A stretch of 61,668 nt of DNA, the filler included, from Candidatus Omnitrophota bacterium (lineage in GTDB: Bacteria; Omnitrophota; Gorgyraeia; Zapsychrales; JBDRMG01), in assembly GCA_043812495.1 (NCBI GenBank). It is 9 parts of 9 records of this genome, joined end to end, with 100 filler letters (N's around TTAATTAATTAA, not from the genome) between each part and the next. Parts side by side here need not be neighbours in the genome. Positions count along the whole stretch, not along the records: positions 21,616 to 42,725 come from JBDRMG010000038.1; 8 more parts are not named here. One strand, written 5' to 3'. A model generated the notes under the pieces. It had not been told where the DNA came from, did not search any database, and saw nothing but the letters and a program-made list of their open reading frames with translations. The translations under genes were made by a program, and so were the position numbers. Every line of letters starts with the position of its first letter. Position 1 is the stretch's first letter. This document shows positions 27,563-36,751 of this stretch, one piece after another.

Positions 27563-28993
27563 TTATTCCCACTCGACATGAATCGTCTGTCCTTGAGGGA
27601 TAACATTCACATACAGTTTTTTGTCACTAATTCTGACAGGAATGGCTTTCATTTCTTCTTCTTGAATGGCTAAGGCTTGATTCGGCTGAATATCTCCCGT
27701 ATCGACGATAACGGTCAGAGGGCAAGATAGCGGATCAATGTTTTCTGTTTTGATTAAACGGAATGTAACGCCCTGATCGCCTGTATTCTTGATTTCGATA
27801 TCCGTTGTTTTTCTCTCCAAAAGATAAAGATACACGTTTCGAAAAGTATCCACCCAGATGTCTTCTTTCTTTTCATCGATATAAGCAAGATGTTTTTCGA
27901 GAAATTCTTGCGTGACAGGCTTATATGTTCTCTTGACGTTGCCCACAATAGAATGGCATTGGGCGATCAACCATATTCTTCCTCGGATCGCCAAATCGAT
28001 GATCTTTTGGGCTGTTTGAACCGAAAAACGCTCTCCGCCATAGGATACGACAAGGACGTTTTCATAAACTCTTGTCAAAAAATCATGAACGCGAATAGCC
28101 CCATGACGCTGTTGCGCTATTTGCATGCTCTCGTTGTTGTATTTATCGTAAGGAAAGACAAAGGAGAAGGGCGGCATCCCTATTTTTTCTTTAATGGCAT
28201 CGTAACCGCCGTTAATTTCTTTTTCGATTGCTGCAGCATCAATACGCGTGAGGTCCGCGTGATTCATGGCATGATTGGCAATTTCATGGCCGCGCTCGCT
28301 GGCATTTTTCCATAGTTCCCAGCCCCCCCAGACACGATGCCCTTCCGTCTCTTGAGGAATATAGCCGGGGTTGATAGGTATCGTGACCATAAATCCATAC
28401 TTTTCAAAAAGCGGCAGGGCTTGTTCATAAACGATACGTGCTCCGTCATCAAAAGAAAAAGTCACAGCACATTTTTTGTCATCTTTAAAAGGAGCAATAG
28501 AAACGACGGATGGTTTTGGAGAAAACAGAGAAAGATTTTTTATAAAGGTGGGGGTATCTAATTGCGCAAAAAGATAATCGTTATTGATTTCCAATCTTCC
28601 GGCCTCTTCAAGTATTTTGAAAGCGTCATCCATTTGCTTGAGATAAATATAGGAATTGGCTAATAAAGAGTAAGACCGATAATCATAAGGAGCTAACTGT
28701 TTGGCGCCTTGAAATAATTGAATAGCTCTCTCAAAGTCGCCCTTATGCAGATAGACCTTTCCTTCTTGATTAAAATCATCGGCTGTCTTTTGTAAATGTT
28801 TAATCGCGTCCTTCTGCTCAGGGGTAAATCGTGCGCTTTTATGACTTCTCTCGCTTAGCTCCGCTGCATTGCTATTGTACGCAGAAACGGTCTCTGCGTT
28901 AACTCTATCCTTCTCGCTATTGATGCCCGACGAAGAGATACAACCGATAAAAGAAAAAAGGATAACAAGAGAAATAAGCTTTTTCGTAAGCAT
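27563..28993 (-). CDS. Polysaccharide deacetylase (NodB) lipoprotein with TPR
   Basis: Lipobox FIGC; TPR helices; TFSFDDG, HEIANHAMNH, FVFPY. Confidence 0.88.
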   Translation of the reverse strand: MLTKKLISLVILFSFIGCISSSGINSEKDRVNAETVSAYNSNAAELSERSHKSARFTPEQKDAIKHLQKTADDFNQEGKVYLHKGDFERAIQLFQGAKQLAPYDYRSYSLLANSYIYLKQMDDAFKILEEAGRLEINNDYLFAQLDTPTFIKNLSLFSPKPSVVSIAPFKDDKKCAVTFSFDDGARIVYEQALPLFEKYGFMVTIPINPGYIPQETEGHRVWGGWELWKNASERGHEIANHAMNHADLTRIDAAAIEKEINGGYDAIKEKIGMPPFSFVFPYDKYNNESMQIAQQRHGAIRVHDFLTRVYENVLVVSYGGERFSVQTAQKIIDLAIRGRIWLIAQCHSIVGNVKRTYKPVTQEFLEKHLAYIDEKKEDIWVDTFRNVYLYLLERKTTDIEIKNTGDQGVTFRLIKTENIDPLSCPLTVIVDTGDIQPNQALAIQEEEMKAIPVRISDKKLYVNVIPQGQTIHVEWE

Positions 28994-29060
28994 TTTTCTA
29001 GCCTTCGCAAGGTGAGAAATGAGACCCTTGCGTATCGTCTTGTCTTGACGTAAGTTTTCT

Positions 29061-29150
29061 TTACTTTTTTTCTTTTTTTCTTAACCGCGTTTTTCCGTGC
29101 GAACCGCGCCAAATTTTTCCGCGTTTTGTCCTTCTGTCACCTTTGCCCAT
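29061..29150 (-). CDS. thx: 30S ribosomal protein Thx (bTHX)
   Basis: Hand translation [29 protein letters not shown], closely matching Thermus Thx; AGGAG RBS upstream. Confidence 0.9.
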   Translation of the reverse strand: MGKGDRRTKRGKIWRGSHGKTRLRKKEKK

Positions 29151-29524
29151 TAATGTTCTCCTGGTGTAATCATCAGGTATAATCTCACGGCACTTCCTGA
29201 TGATTATACCTGATTTCTTAGATTAATATAAACTGCTTGCTCGCTTCAGCCTAGTCCGTTGAGAAAATCTAGATTTTCTCAACAAAATATCACCAAAGGC
29301 GAACCTTCGGCGAAACCGACCTGCAGGCAGAGATTACAGAGATTAAACCGTTAATCTCTCCTAATTCTTTCTTCCTCAGTATAGAAACCGCCTGCCGGAT
29401 AATCAAGTCCGCTAATGATTTTTTTGATCACCGTGGTTTTGCCCGATGACGGTGCCCCGTTCAAAAAAACATTCCTAATCATATTAAGAATGTCTGAAAA
29501 CTATTTTATTAAATTGAACAACAT

Positions 29525-31027
29525 CTAAGCCCTAATGCGAATCGCCCGGACAGGGCGCGTGGGGCATTTGTTCTGGCAGATACCGCAACCGATACAAAGC
29601 GTTTTATCCACTGTGGGGTAATAAATCGTCCTTCCGCTGATGATAACTTCTTTCGTTTTAATGGCCTTCTCAGCCACAGGACAATGTTCCTCGCACACAA
29701 TACATTGTTCGTCATCAGCCCAAGCGATACAGATCGAGCGGTCAATCTCGGCCAAGCCAAGTTTGGCTTTATGTTTTAAGTCAACCGGCAAAGCGGGAAT
29801 CGCCTGGGTCGGGCATACCTCGCCGCAGAGCGTACAGTTATATTCGCAATAACCAATTTCCGGAACAAGCTGCGGAGTCCACATACCTTCAAGGCCGGAT
29901 TCCAGAATCACGGGTTGAAGGCCGTTGGTGATACAAACTTTCATGCAGTTTCCGCAGCGCACGCAGGCATTCAGGAATTTGTCCTCATTTTGCGCGCCCG
30001 GTGGACGGATCACCAGATTTTTTGCCTGTGTGAGAAATGATTTTGGCTTCTTAAATCCGAGAAAAAACAACGACGAAATCATGAGAAATAAAAATTCTCT
30101 GCGCGATAACCCGCCGGATTTCTTATCGTTTTGTGTCGAATTCCCGAGAGATCCTTTTGGCCAGCCAAAACGCGTAAATCCGCCCGGACAATTGTAAATA
30201 CAATCCATGCATAAAACGCATTCGCCCTTTTGATAGCTCATGTCTTCCCGAATAGCCCCCATGCGGCAAGCCACTTCGCATTTTCCGCAATCCACACATC
30301 CTTCGACTTTTCGCTCAAGAAAAGAAAATCGTCCCGCCAACGCGTATAATGCGCCTAGGGGACAAAACATCCGGCACCAGATCCTTGTGAGAAATAAAGA
30401 CGCACTCGCGACAAGAAGAAAAAAACCGAGAATTGCCAGCGAATTAGCAAAATAATGAATGCTCACACCCAAAAACGACGCTTTCAGTTCACGGTAAAAA
30501 TCATAAACCGGACCGTACAAGTCAAAGGTTTTGATCAGCCAAATAAAGAAATTGTCCACGGCCCACGTAACCGCCGGAATGACGTTCATCGAAATGACGC
30601 GCGCCACTAAAACAATCGGGTCAAAGACCCAAGCCGCCTGAATGCCTAAGAGCGCAAAAAAGACGACGATTCCAAGAATCATGTATTTTGCTTTCCGTCC
30701 TTTTGCATTTTGAGAATCGCTCAGTACTTTTTGTTTTCTTTTGAGAATCCCGACGGCATCAATCACCGTCCCCAAAGGACATAACCATCCGCAGAAAAAC
30801 CGTCCCAAAATAAGCGCTAACAGAATCATGATGATAGAAAAAATAAATCCTGAAAGAAGGACGCGTCCGCTCACGGATGTGATAAGCATAATTAACGGAT
30901 CAATCTTGAAAAGAACCTGCGGTGAGATCATTCCTTTTAAGGGATACGTGGTAGACCATAGAATATAAACGAAAATGCCAAGGAAAAGAATCTGCGACAA
31001 ACGTCTGATAATAATGAGTTTTCTCAT
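29525..31027 (-). CDS. Membrane polyferredoxin (NapH/MauN-like fused to NapG/MauM-like)
   Basis: GRFFCGWLCPLG, WCRMFCPLG, IRPPGA and several CxxCxxCxxxCP motifs. Confidence 0.9.
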   Translation of the reverse strand: MRKLIIIRRLSQILFLGIFVYILWSTTYPLKGMISPQVLFKIDPLIMLITSVSGRVLLSGFIFSIIMILLALILGRFFCGWLCPLGTVIDAVGILKRKQKVLSDSQNAKGRKAKYMILGIVVFFALLGIQAAWVFDPIVLVARVISMNVIPAVTWAVDNFFIWLIKTFDLYGPVYDFYRELKASFLGVSIHYFANSLAILGFFLLVASASLFLTRIWCRMFCPLGALYALAGRFSFLERKVEGCVDCGKCEVACRMGAIREDMSYQKGECVLCMDCIYNCPGGFTRFGWPKGSLGNSTQNDKKSGGLSRREFLFLMISSLFFLGFKKPKSFLTQAKNLVIRPPGAQNEDKFLNACVRCGNCMKVCITNGLQPVILESGLEGMWTPQLVPEIGYCEYNCTLCGEVCPTQAIPALPVDLKHKAKLGLAEIDRSICIAWADDEQCIVCEEHCPVAEKAIKTKEVIISGRTIYYPTVDKTLCIGCGICQNKCPTRPVRAIRIRA

Positions 31028-31038
31028 GACTTCAATAG

Positions 31039-32019
31039 TTATGCCTGGATGTTCGCGATATCAGCGTGATCAATATCAACACTGCCAAAACCCCGGTCCC
31101 TCGCAACCCGGATATACGGAACACTCATCGGATCGCGTTCTACCAAACGGCAGGCGTACGTGTCGGCCAATGTCGGGTCGGTCGCCACAATGATTTTATT
31201 CATCGCAACGATGTCGTTTAAATTGCCGCCGCTCGGGCCGTTACGTACGAGAACCCTTGTGGCATCGATCACCGTTAAATCAGGGGAAATAAAATCGGTC
31301 AAATCAACCAATTTTGGCCCGATGCGCGCATGGATACGGCCGCGCGTTCCACTGCAGACCCCCATCAGATCCTTCATAGATAATGTCAGGCGGGTCAAGC
31401 CGTGATGCTTTAAGACAGGGACATTGATAAAGGTATCGCACATCACCGCATCGCGCAAAATCGGCCAGCCTTCCATTTCGCTTGGGTAGGAAAAGTGGAC
31501 TTTGACCACATTCCGATGGTCCGCAAAATACACGTGGGCCTTCTTCCCTTCGGCTGCCTTTTGGATGCCGCTATTTTCATAGACACGGCGATCATCATTG
31601 CAGGGCACATTAAAGACATTGACTCTTTTGGCGCCGGCCTTGTAGCAGAGCTCGACCAATGCCGCGACCACCGCGGGATCGGTATTGGCGGCTTGCGCCG
31701 GCGTGCGGTCCCAGCCCATATTGGGCTTAACGACAACAATGCTGCCTTTTTTGACAAAACGTTTCATGCCGCCCATAGCCTCAACGGCCGCTATGGTATT
31801 CTTGTAAGAATCGTTACCTTGCGCCACAACAAAATCATGCGCGTCTTTGATATTCTTCTTCGGCCGGCCCGTAGATTCTTCTTCTTTGGCAAAGACCATT
31901 TTGATCCATTGGTTTTGCGAAAGAAAAAGGGCCAGCCCTCCAAAGCAAATCTTCATGAATTTCCGTCGGGAAATCTGTTTTTTGATGAAAGATTCTAGGG
32001 CGTAGAGGTATTTATTCAT
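31039..32019 (-). CDS. DUF362 family protein with Tat-like signal
   Basis: SRRKFMK, VVVKPNMGWD, INVPVLKHH, IDATR. Confidence 0.88.
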   Translation of the reverse strand: MNKYLYALESFIKKQISRRKFMKICFGGLALFLSQNQWIKMVFAKEEESTGRPKKNIKDAHDFVVAQGNDSYKNTIAAVEAMGGMKRFVKKGSIVVVKPNMGWDRTPAQAANTDPAVVAALVELCYKAGAKRVNVFNVPCNDDRRVYENSGIQKAAEGKKAHVYFADHRNVVKVHFSYPSEMEGWPILRDAVMCDTFINVPVLKHHGLTRLTLSMKDLMGVCSGTRGRIHARIGPKLVDLTDFISPDLTVIDATRVLVRNGPSGGNLNDIVAMNKIIVATDPTLADTYACRLVERDPMSVPYIRVARDRGFGSVDIDHADIANIQA

Positions 32020-32033
32020 GCGCCCGCCATCTC

Positions 32034-32444
32034 TTAAAAGGAATGATCCTGCGTCCACGGCCACCGGACGCACGATGTGATTTCAGGGAAAAGGACAATA
32101 GCGGCCTTTCCGCTTAAGACACATGTTGTCACATCGTGGGCTTGGAGCATTGTCTTGGCTTTTTGCAATGTTTTGCCGGACACGAATACATCGTCTACTA
32201 AAAGAATTCTTTTGTTATTCTCCGGGATATTCAATTCATTTAGACAAACAGGCTCCGGATAAAGTGGAGTGTTGTTTTCATCTCGATAAGAGAGATGAAT
32301 GATAGAAAGCTCACATCCAAGTTTTTGAGCGATGAGAGACGAAGCCACAATGCCTCCCGTGGAGATTCCAATCACAGTGTCCACTTTTGGAAATTCGAAA
32401 GCATCGATACGCGAAGCGATCTCCTTGAAGCTTATCTTTTTCAA
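32034..32444 (-). CDS. Type I phosphoribosyltransferase
   Basis: PRPP-binding loop ILLVDDVFVSGKT. Confidence 0.9.
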   Translation of the reverse strand: MKKISFKEIASRIDAFEFPKVDTVIGISTGGIVASSLIAQKLGCELSIIHLSYRDENNTPLYPEPVCLNELNIPENNKRILLVDDVFVSGKTLQKAKTMLQAHDVTTCVLSGKAAIVLFPEITSCVRWPWTQDHSF

Positions 32445-33088
32445 AGGCGGAATCCTTCTCGAGCATATTTGATGGCCCCGAAATGAATCAGAAGCAAAAT
32501 GATTAATCCGGGAGCCGCGAGAATCAGCTTTGATCCGAAACTGAGAAGCGTCTCAGAAAAGAGAGTTACCGATCCCGCCGCAAAAATAATGTTTGAGAAT
32601 AATTTGGCGATCACGTAAGAAAGAACACCCGCGCCCCAGAAATCTTTTAGCTTTTTATTAAAAAACAGACACAAAGCAACAAAGAGCGCCAGCTCAAACG
32701 TTAATGCGCGAGCCATCAACAAATCCGGCCGGCCGGTTAACATTCTGTTGAGCGTCGGAGCGATTATTGGTCTTTTCCTTATTAATGGAACAGTCAATAA
32801 TATTCTCTCTATACGAGAAAGAAGACCTAATATTGACTTCCACCGTTCCTTTAATAAAGAGAAAGTCAATAAGGCCGAAAGAAGGGCCACATGGGGCCGA
32901 TAAAATATAATAGCGACCAGAGGTGCATAAAAAATCGGAAGAAATATAGCGCCCAAAGGGTTAGCGTCCAACCAAGGAATGAGATGAACGAAAAACGGCA
33001 TGAAAAACATCACGCCCAACACAAGGATCAGCTTATCGACCTGGAAAAGAATCAACCATCGGGAGAGTGTCATTTCACGCGCGTTCAT
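32441..33088 (-). CDS. ECF S-component-like membrane protein carrying an in-frame 35-aa MITE-derived insert
   Basis: LGAIFLPIFYAPL...ALLSAL[insert]IAPTLNRMLTGRP; the ORF stays open. Confidence 0.75.
   Translation of the reverse strand: MNAREMTLSRWLILFQVDKLILVLGVMFFMPFFVHLIPWLDANPLGAIFLPIFYAPLVAIIFYRPHVALLSALLTFSLLKERWKSILGLLSRIERILLTVPLIRKRPIIAPTLNRMLTGRPDLLMARALTFELALFVALCLFFNKKLKDFWGAGVLSYVIAKLFSNIIFAAGSVTLFSETLLSFGSKLILAAPGLIILLLIHFGAIKYAREGFRL
32767..32869 (-). mobile_element. 103-bp MITE, copy 2 (intragenic, in frame)
   Basis: TA at 32765-66 and 32870-71; identical to copy 1. Confidence 0.9.
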
Positions 33089-33107
33089 CTTCGCTCCTCT
33101 TTTCTAT

Positions 33108-33278
33108 TCAATGAGGCCTGCACTTATGGAATGATAATGTCCGCCAATTGCACTCATGCAATTGGCGAGATCTCGCCCAAATCAAAAATTTTGGCGGAAA
33201 CATAAGTGCATGGCCGAATTGACCTCGCCCGCCATTGATTCAGTGGCGGGCGGGGAATTAATCAAATACAATTATAAT
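33108..33278. repeat. Composite hairpin element
   Basis: GA/GA-family hairpin 33108-33222 with a double hairpin in its loop, then a REP-like hairpin and the CAAATACAA tail. Confidence 0.8.
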
Positions 33279-33472
33279 TTCTTAACTGTATCGTCTTTAC
33301 TCATGTTTTTGAGTTCTTCTTCGCTATAAGAGGAAAAGGAATTGATCTCTTTGGATAATTTTCGCAAAGCGCTGCCCAAATCCCTGGCGATCTTGGGTAA
33401 TTTATCCGGCCCAAAAAGGAGAAGGACAACAATCAAAATCAGTAGAATCTCGGAAAACCCCAAACCAAACAT
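33272..33472 (-). CDS. tatA: Twin-arginine translocase TatA/TatB subunit
   Basis: MFGLGFSEILLILIVVLLLFGPDKLP; could be TatB. Confidence 0.85.
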   Translation of the reverse strand: MFGLGFSEILLILIVVLLLFGPDKLPKIARDLGSALRKLSKEINSFSSYSEEELKNMSKDDTVKKL

Positions 33473-33540
33473 TTTATTTTCCTTTAAAAAATTGGACAGG
33501 CCCTATTTTACAGGCGCATTTTTGGGTTGGCAAGATAAAT

Positions 33541-33577
33541 AAAAGCCCCACACCAATAGACATTGGTGTGGGGGAAA
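33541..33577 (-). terminator. Probable intrinsic terminator
   Basis: ccccacaccaat-agac-attggtgtgggg with a T run on the minus strand, downstream of the stop at 33608. Confidence 0.55.
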
Positions 33578-33607
33578 ATGAGCCCGCCATTGATTCAGCG
33601 GCGATAC

Positions 33608-34012
33608 TTACCTGCTGAAATAGTGCACGATCTCCCAGTGACCGCCGTTTTCCACTTGATAGCGGACATAATGACCCCTGATGATCACATAACCCCTATG
33701 ACCGTCATATTCTTTGTGCTTGGGAATATATTTTCTTTTCCATGTATAATGAGGAACCCATACCCGTTCTTTGCACGGATAATAATCTTTAGCGCGATAG
33801 GAAGCGGGCCGGCCGCGATGGACATACCGTGGTTCCCTGTCTATACCGGTGATCTTTCCGATTAAATCCACTTTTCCTCCGGTTAGCACGCGCACGCCTT
33901 CAATAATGGTCAACGCCTTTCCGGCCTTATCCCAGTCGCTGGCTAAAACAGGACTGGCCATTCCTATCAAAAGCATAATCGCAAATACAACAACTGCCAA
34001 TTTCTTCATCAC
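33608..34012 (-). CDS. Secreted hypothetical protein (YXWGXW-like aromatic C terminus)
   Basis: Signal peptide ending VLA; RVWVPHYTW and GGHWE. Confidence 0.7.
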   Translation of the reverse strand: MMKKLAVVVFAIMLLIGMASPVLASDWDKAGKALTIIEGVRVLTGGKVDLIGKITGIDREPRYVHRGRPASYRAKDYYPCKERVWVPHYTWKRKYIPKHKEYDGHRGYVIIRGHYVRYQVENGGHWEIVHYFSR

Positions 34013-34130
34013 GCACCTCCCTTTTGTTTCTTTTGCTTTCTTATATTGGAAACGTTTTCTTATTCCATTGATTTAGACAAACGGGGGGGTCATAAAAGTT
34101 CCGCTGAGAATCTAAAAGGAGAGGCTAATG

Positions 34131-34406
34131 TTATAAATTACCTTTGATCAGGGCGAGTTTTTGTTGACGCGTGAGGCGTTTGACCGTGCGCTCGCGGATA
34201 AAGGCATCACGTTTGGTGGGAAGCTCTTCGGTGTAGAGGATTTTTCCGGCGCCAAAGACGCGTGTATACCACGCGCCTTTGCCGCTTTTGTGCGCCTTGA
34301 GGCGCCGTTTGAGATTGTTGGTGATCCCCGTGTAGAGAGATTTATTCTTACATTTTAAAATGTACAGATACCAAGCAGTGGGTGTTGGGGATTTTGATTT
34401 CGGCAA
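34131..34406 (-). CDS. Small GIY-YIG nuclease (YhbQ/UPF0213-like)
   Basis: WYLYIL...LYTGITNNLKRRLKAH..GKGAWYT. Confidence 0.92.
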   Translation of the reverse strand: MPKSKSPTPTAWYLYILKCKNKSLYTGITNNLKRRLKAHKSGKGAWYTRVFGAGKILYTEELPTKRDAFIRERTVKRLTRQQKLALIKGNL

Positions 34407-34458
34407 GATGAGAATATCCTTAATGCTCCCGGTCCGAGCCCTTGAAAGGGCAAAAGAA

Positions 34459-35160
34459 TCAATCTTTGGCTTTTATCTTCTTGACTTCCGGCGGGAGAAT
34501 AACGATTTCCACGCGCCTATTTTTCTGCCGGCCTTCTGGGGTTTCATTGGATAAAACAGGCTTGTATTCGCCGTATCCGACGGCCGAAAGTCTTTCCGGC
34601 TTGATCTTGCACTGATCAATGAAATAGTGGACAACGGCCAAAGCCCTCGCACTCGACAGTTCCCAATTGGATTTCCAGCCGGAATGCTTGATCGGCACAT
34701 TATCCGTATGCCCTTCGATGGCCACAAGCGAATCCGGAATATTGGCATTTAAGACCTGGGCCACCTCAGCAAGTGCCTTCTCGCCATCGGTACGAATTTG
34801 ATCTTTGCCCGAATCAAAGAAGATCTCGGACAAAAACGTGATCACAAGACCCCGTTCCGTCATCTCCAGCTTAGCCTTATAATTGCCGATTTCCTCTTTA
34901 AGTCTTTGTTCGAGTTCTTTTTTGGCTTTTTCAAGATCGGAGACCTCCCGGCCTTTGGTGTCGGCTAATCGTTGATTCTCCGCGCGCAGCCTTTCCATTT
35001 CGGCATTCTTTTCTTTTTCGAAGCCGGCGAGCTTTCTGTTCAGATGGGAAATTTCCGCTTCCAGCTCATTGATACCTTTTTTCTTCTTAAACGTGCTGCA
35101 ACCGGACAAGCAAACGATCCCCATTACAAAAACCACCAAAAGTATTATTGTCTTCCTCAT
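34459..35160 (-). CDS. OmpA/MotB-family lipoprotein
   Basis: Lipobox LSGC; coiled coil; IEGHTDN, NWELSSARA, NRRVEI. Confidence 0.92.
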   Translation of the reverse strand: MRKTIILLVVFVMGIVCLSGCSTFKKKKGINELEAEISHLNRKLAGFEKEKNAEMERLRAENQRLADTKGREVSDLEKAKKELEQRLKEEIGNYKAKLEMTERGLVITFLSEIFFDSGKDQIRTDGEKALAEVAQVLNANIPDSLVAIEGHTDNVPIKHSGWKSNWELSSARALAVVHYFIDQCKIKPERLSAVGYGEYKPVLSNETPEGRQKNRRVEIVILPPEVKKIKAKD

Positions 35161-35271
35161 CGGTTCCCCCTTTTAAATTATATAATTATATTCTGATTTT
35201 ATTGCATTCATTTTATCACAACATGAATCAAAGACATCTGTAAATCGAAAGATTATGATTTTCTTTTCTTT

Positions 35272-35405
35272 TCAATGAGGCCATGACTTATGGAGTCCGC
35301 CATTGATTCAGTGGCGGACGACATAAGTCATATGGCCGAATTGACACCGATTCCGCCAATGGGACATTGGAGGAATCGGGGGATTAAACAAATACAACTA
35401 TAATA
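35272..35405. repeat. Composite hairpin element
   Basis: GA/GA-family hairpin 35272-35344 with a REP-like hairpin in its loop, then a second hairpin and the CAAATACAA tail. Confidence 0.8.
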
Positions 35406-36149
35406 TTACAACAAGAATTCCTTCCAGTCTCTTTCGATCTGCTCATAAGATTCTAGAAATATTTCCAGCATAAGACTTTTCCAGTTGTCCTTTGTCACCC
35501 TTTTGTAGAATACAGGGAGCTTTTCTTTGCCGTACGCATCGACCAGAAAAGCATTGAAGGAATAAGCCAGGAAATCGCCGAGGCGACCGTAGCGCTGGAA
35601 GTCATCGACCAAAACAGGCAGGGAAAATTGGTCTAAATCGGGATGGATGCGGCGGATCTTTTCATTAAAACCTTCGCCGCCGATTTGGATTTGATAACCG
35701 CAAATCCCTTCATTAAAAAAGTAGGGCGCGTTCGGATTAACCATCCCTTGAATAAAATGGCATAATTCATGCGGGCTTGAGTCTTTCATGGAATCCCTAT
35801 AAACCGAATGCACGCTTACGGAAGTCGCATAACCCCAGATCGGAATACCACGGCGCGCGTGAATAATCTGTTTGTCATGAAAGAAATAATCGATTTTGTT
35901 ATTTAAAGAAATCTCAAAAAGATCCGTTGTTTCCTTGTAATAGCTCTCAAGAAGCCGAGACAATTGTTCAATGTCGCACTGTGCCGGTGAGTCTTTTTTG
36001 TAATAAATATTAAAATGTTGGGTCTGTTTAACTTTTAAGGCAGGATCAAATAATAAAGGATTTTTCGCAAGGACAAGTAAATAAACATTTAATAAAATAA
36101 AGAACGTAAGGATGGAATAAAATAGAACCCGCTTGAGCTTGATAGGCAT
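35406..36149 (-). CDS. Membrane-anchored gluzincin-like (peptidase MA) protein
   Basis: HELCH followed by FFNEGIC. Confidence 0.7.
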   Translation of the reverse strand: MPIKLKRVLFYSILTFFILLNVYLLVLAKNPLLFDPALKVKQTQHFNIYYKKDSPAQCDIEQLSRLLESYYKETTDLFEISLNNKIDYFFHDKQIIHARRGIPIWGYATSVSVHSVYRDSMKDSSPHELCHFIQGMVNPNAPYFFNEGICGYQIQIGGEGFNEKIRRIHPDLDQFSLPVLVDDFQRYGRLGDFLAYSFNAFLVDAYGKEKLPVFYKRVTKDNWKSLMLEIFLESYEQIERDWKEFLL

Positions 36150-36168
36150 CAATGGAGTTTGAAAAAGT

Positions 36169-36561
36169 CTATGTGTTCTTAGACTTGACAAGATTTCGGA
36201 TCGAGCCTTTTAATTTCTCGCCGGTTGTCAATCCTTTAACGAGAAAATCGCCGGCCCCTTCTTTGATCGCGCAAGAGCCTGTGCCAGCATCATCAAAGGC
36301 CGTCAAAACAATCGTGGGTATTTGAGGGTGATGGCTTTTGATCTTTTTGAGGGTTTCCAGACCTTCGCTTTCCTTGAGGCCTAAATCAAGCAAGAGAACA
36401 TCAAAGGGTTCTCGCCCAAGGCATTCCAGTCCCTTCTCAAGCCTGTTGGTATACTGCAGCTCATATTTGGCGGCATCGTCTTCTCTTAGAATTTCCTGCA
36501 CCAAGCTGGCATCGGCATAATTGTCTTCAATGAGAAGGACTTTATATATTTGTTTATCCAT
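36169..36561 (-). CDS. Single-domain response regulator
   Basis: VLLIEDN, LLLDLGL, IVLTA, DFLVK; AGGAG RBS before ATG 36561. Confidence 0.9.
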   Translation of the reverse strand: MDKQIYKVLLIEDNYADASLVQEILREDDAAKYELQYTNRLEKGLECLGREPFDVLLLDLGLKESEGLETLKKIKSHHPQIPTIVLTAFDDAGTGSCAIKEGAGDFLVKGLTTGEKLKGSIRNLVKSKNT

Positions 36562-36751
36562 TTTATCTCTCCTTAAGGAAAGGTCTTCGATCGTCATCGT
36601 TCAAAGCAAGCGCATCACACCGCAAGCATTATAGCTCACAATGTCATCAAAGCAAAGTGTCCGTTTATATTAATCATTCCGAATTTTCTTTTCTCAAAAC
36701 AAATTGATTACACCCAGAAAATCAATCGAATAAGATTGAAAACCTTCTAAC

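Noticed and set aside
28855..29112. 85-aa basic ORF
   Set aside because: Out-of-frame overlap with thx and the deacetylase start.
29295..29325. Possible third c-di-GMP-I element (aaggcgaac..cgaaa)
   Set aside because: No GCAAAGC junction or P3; too degenerate.
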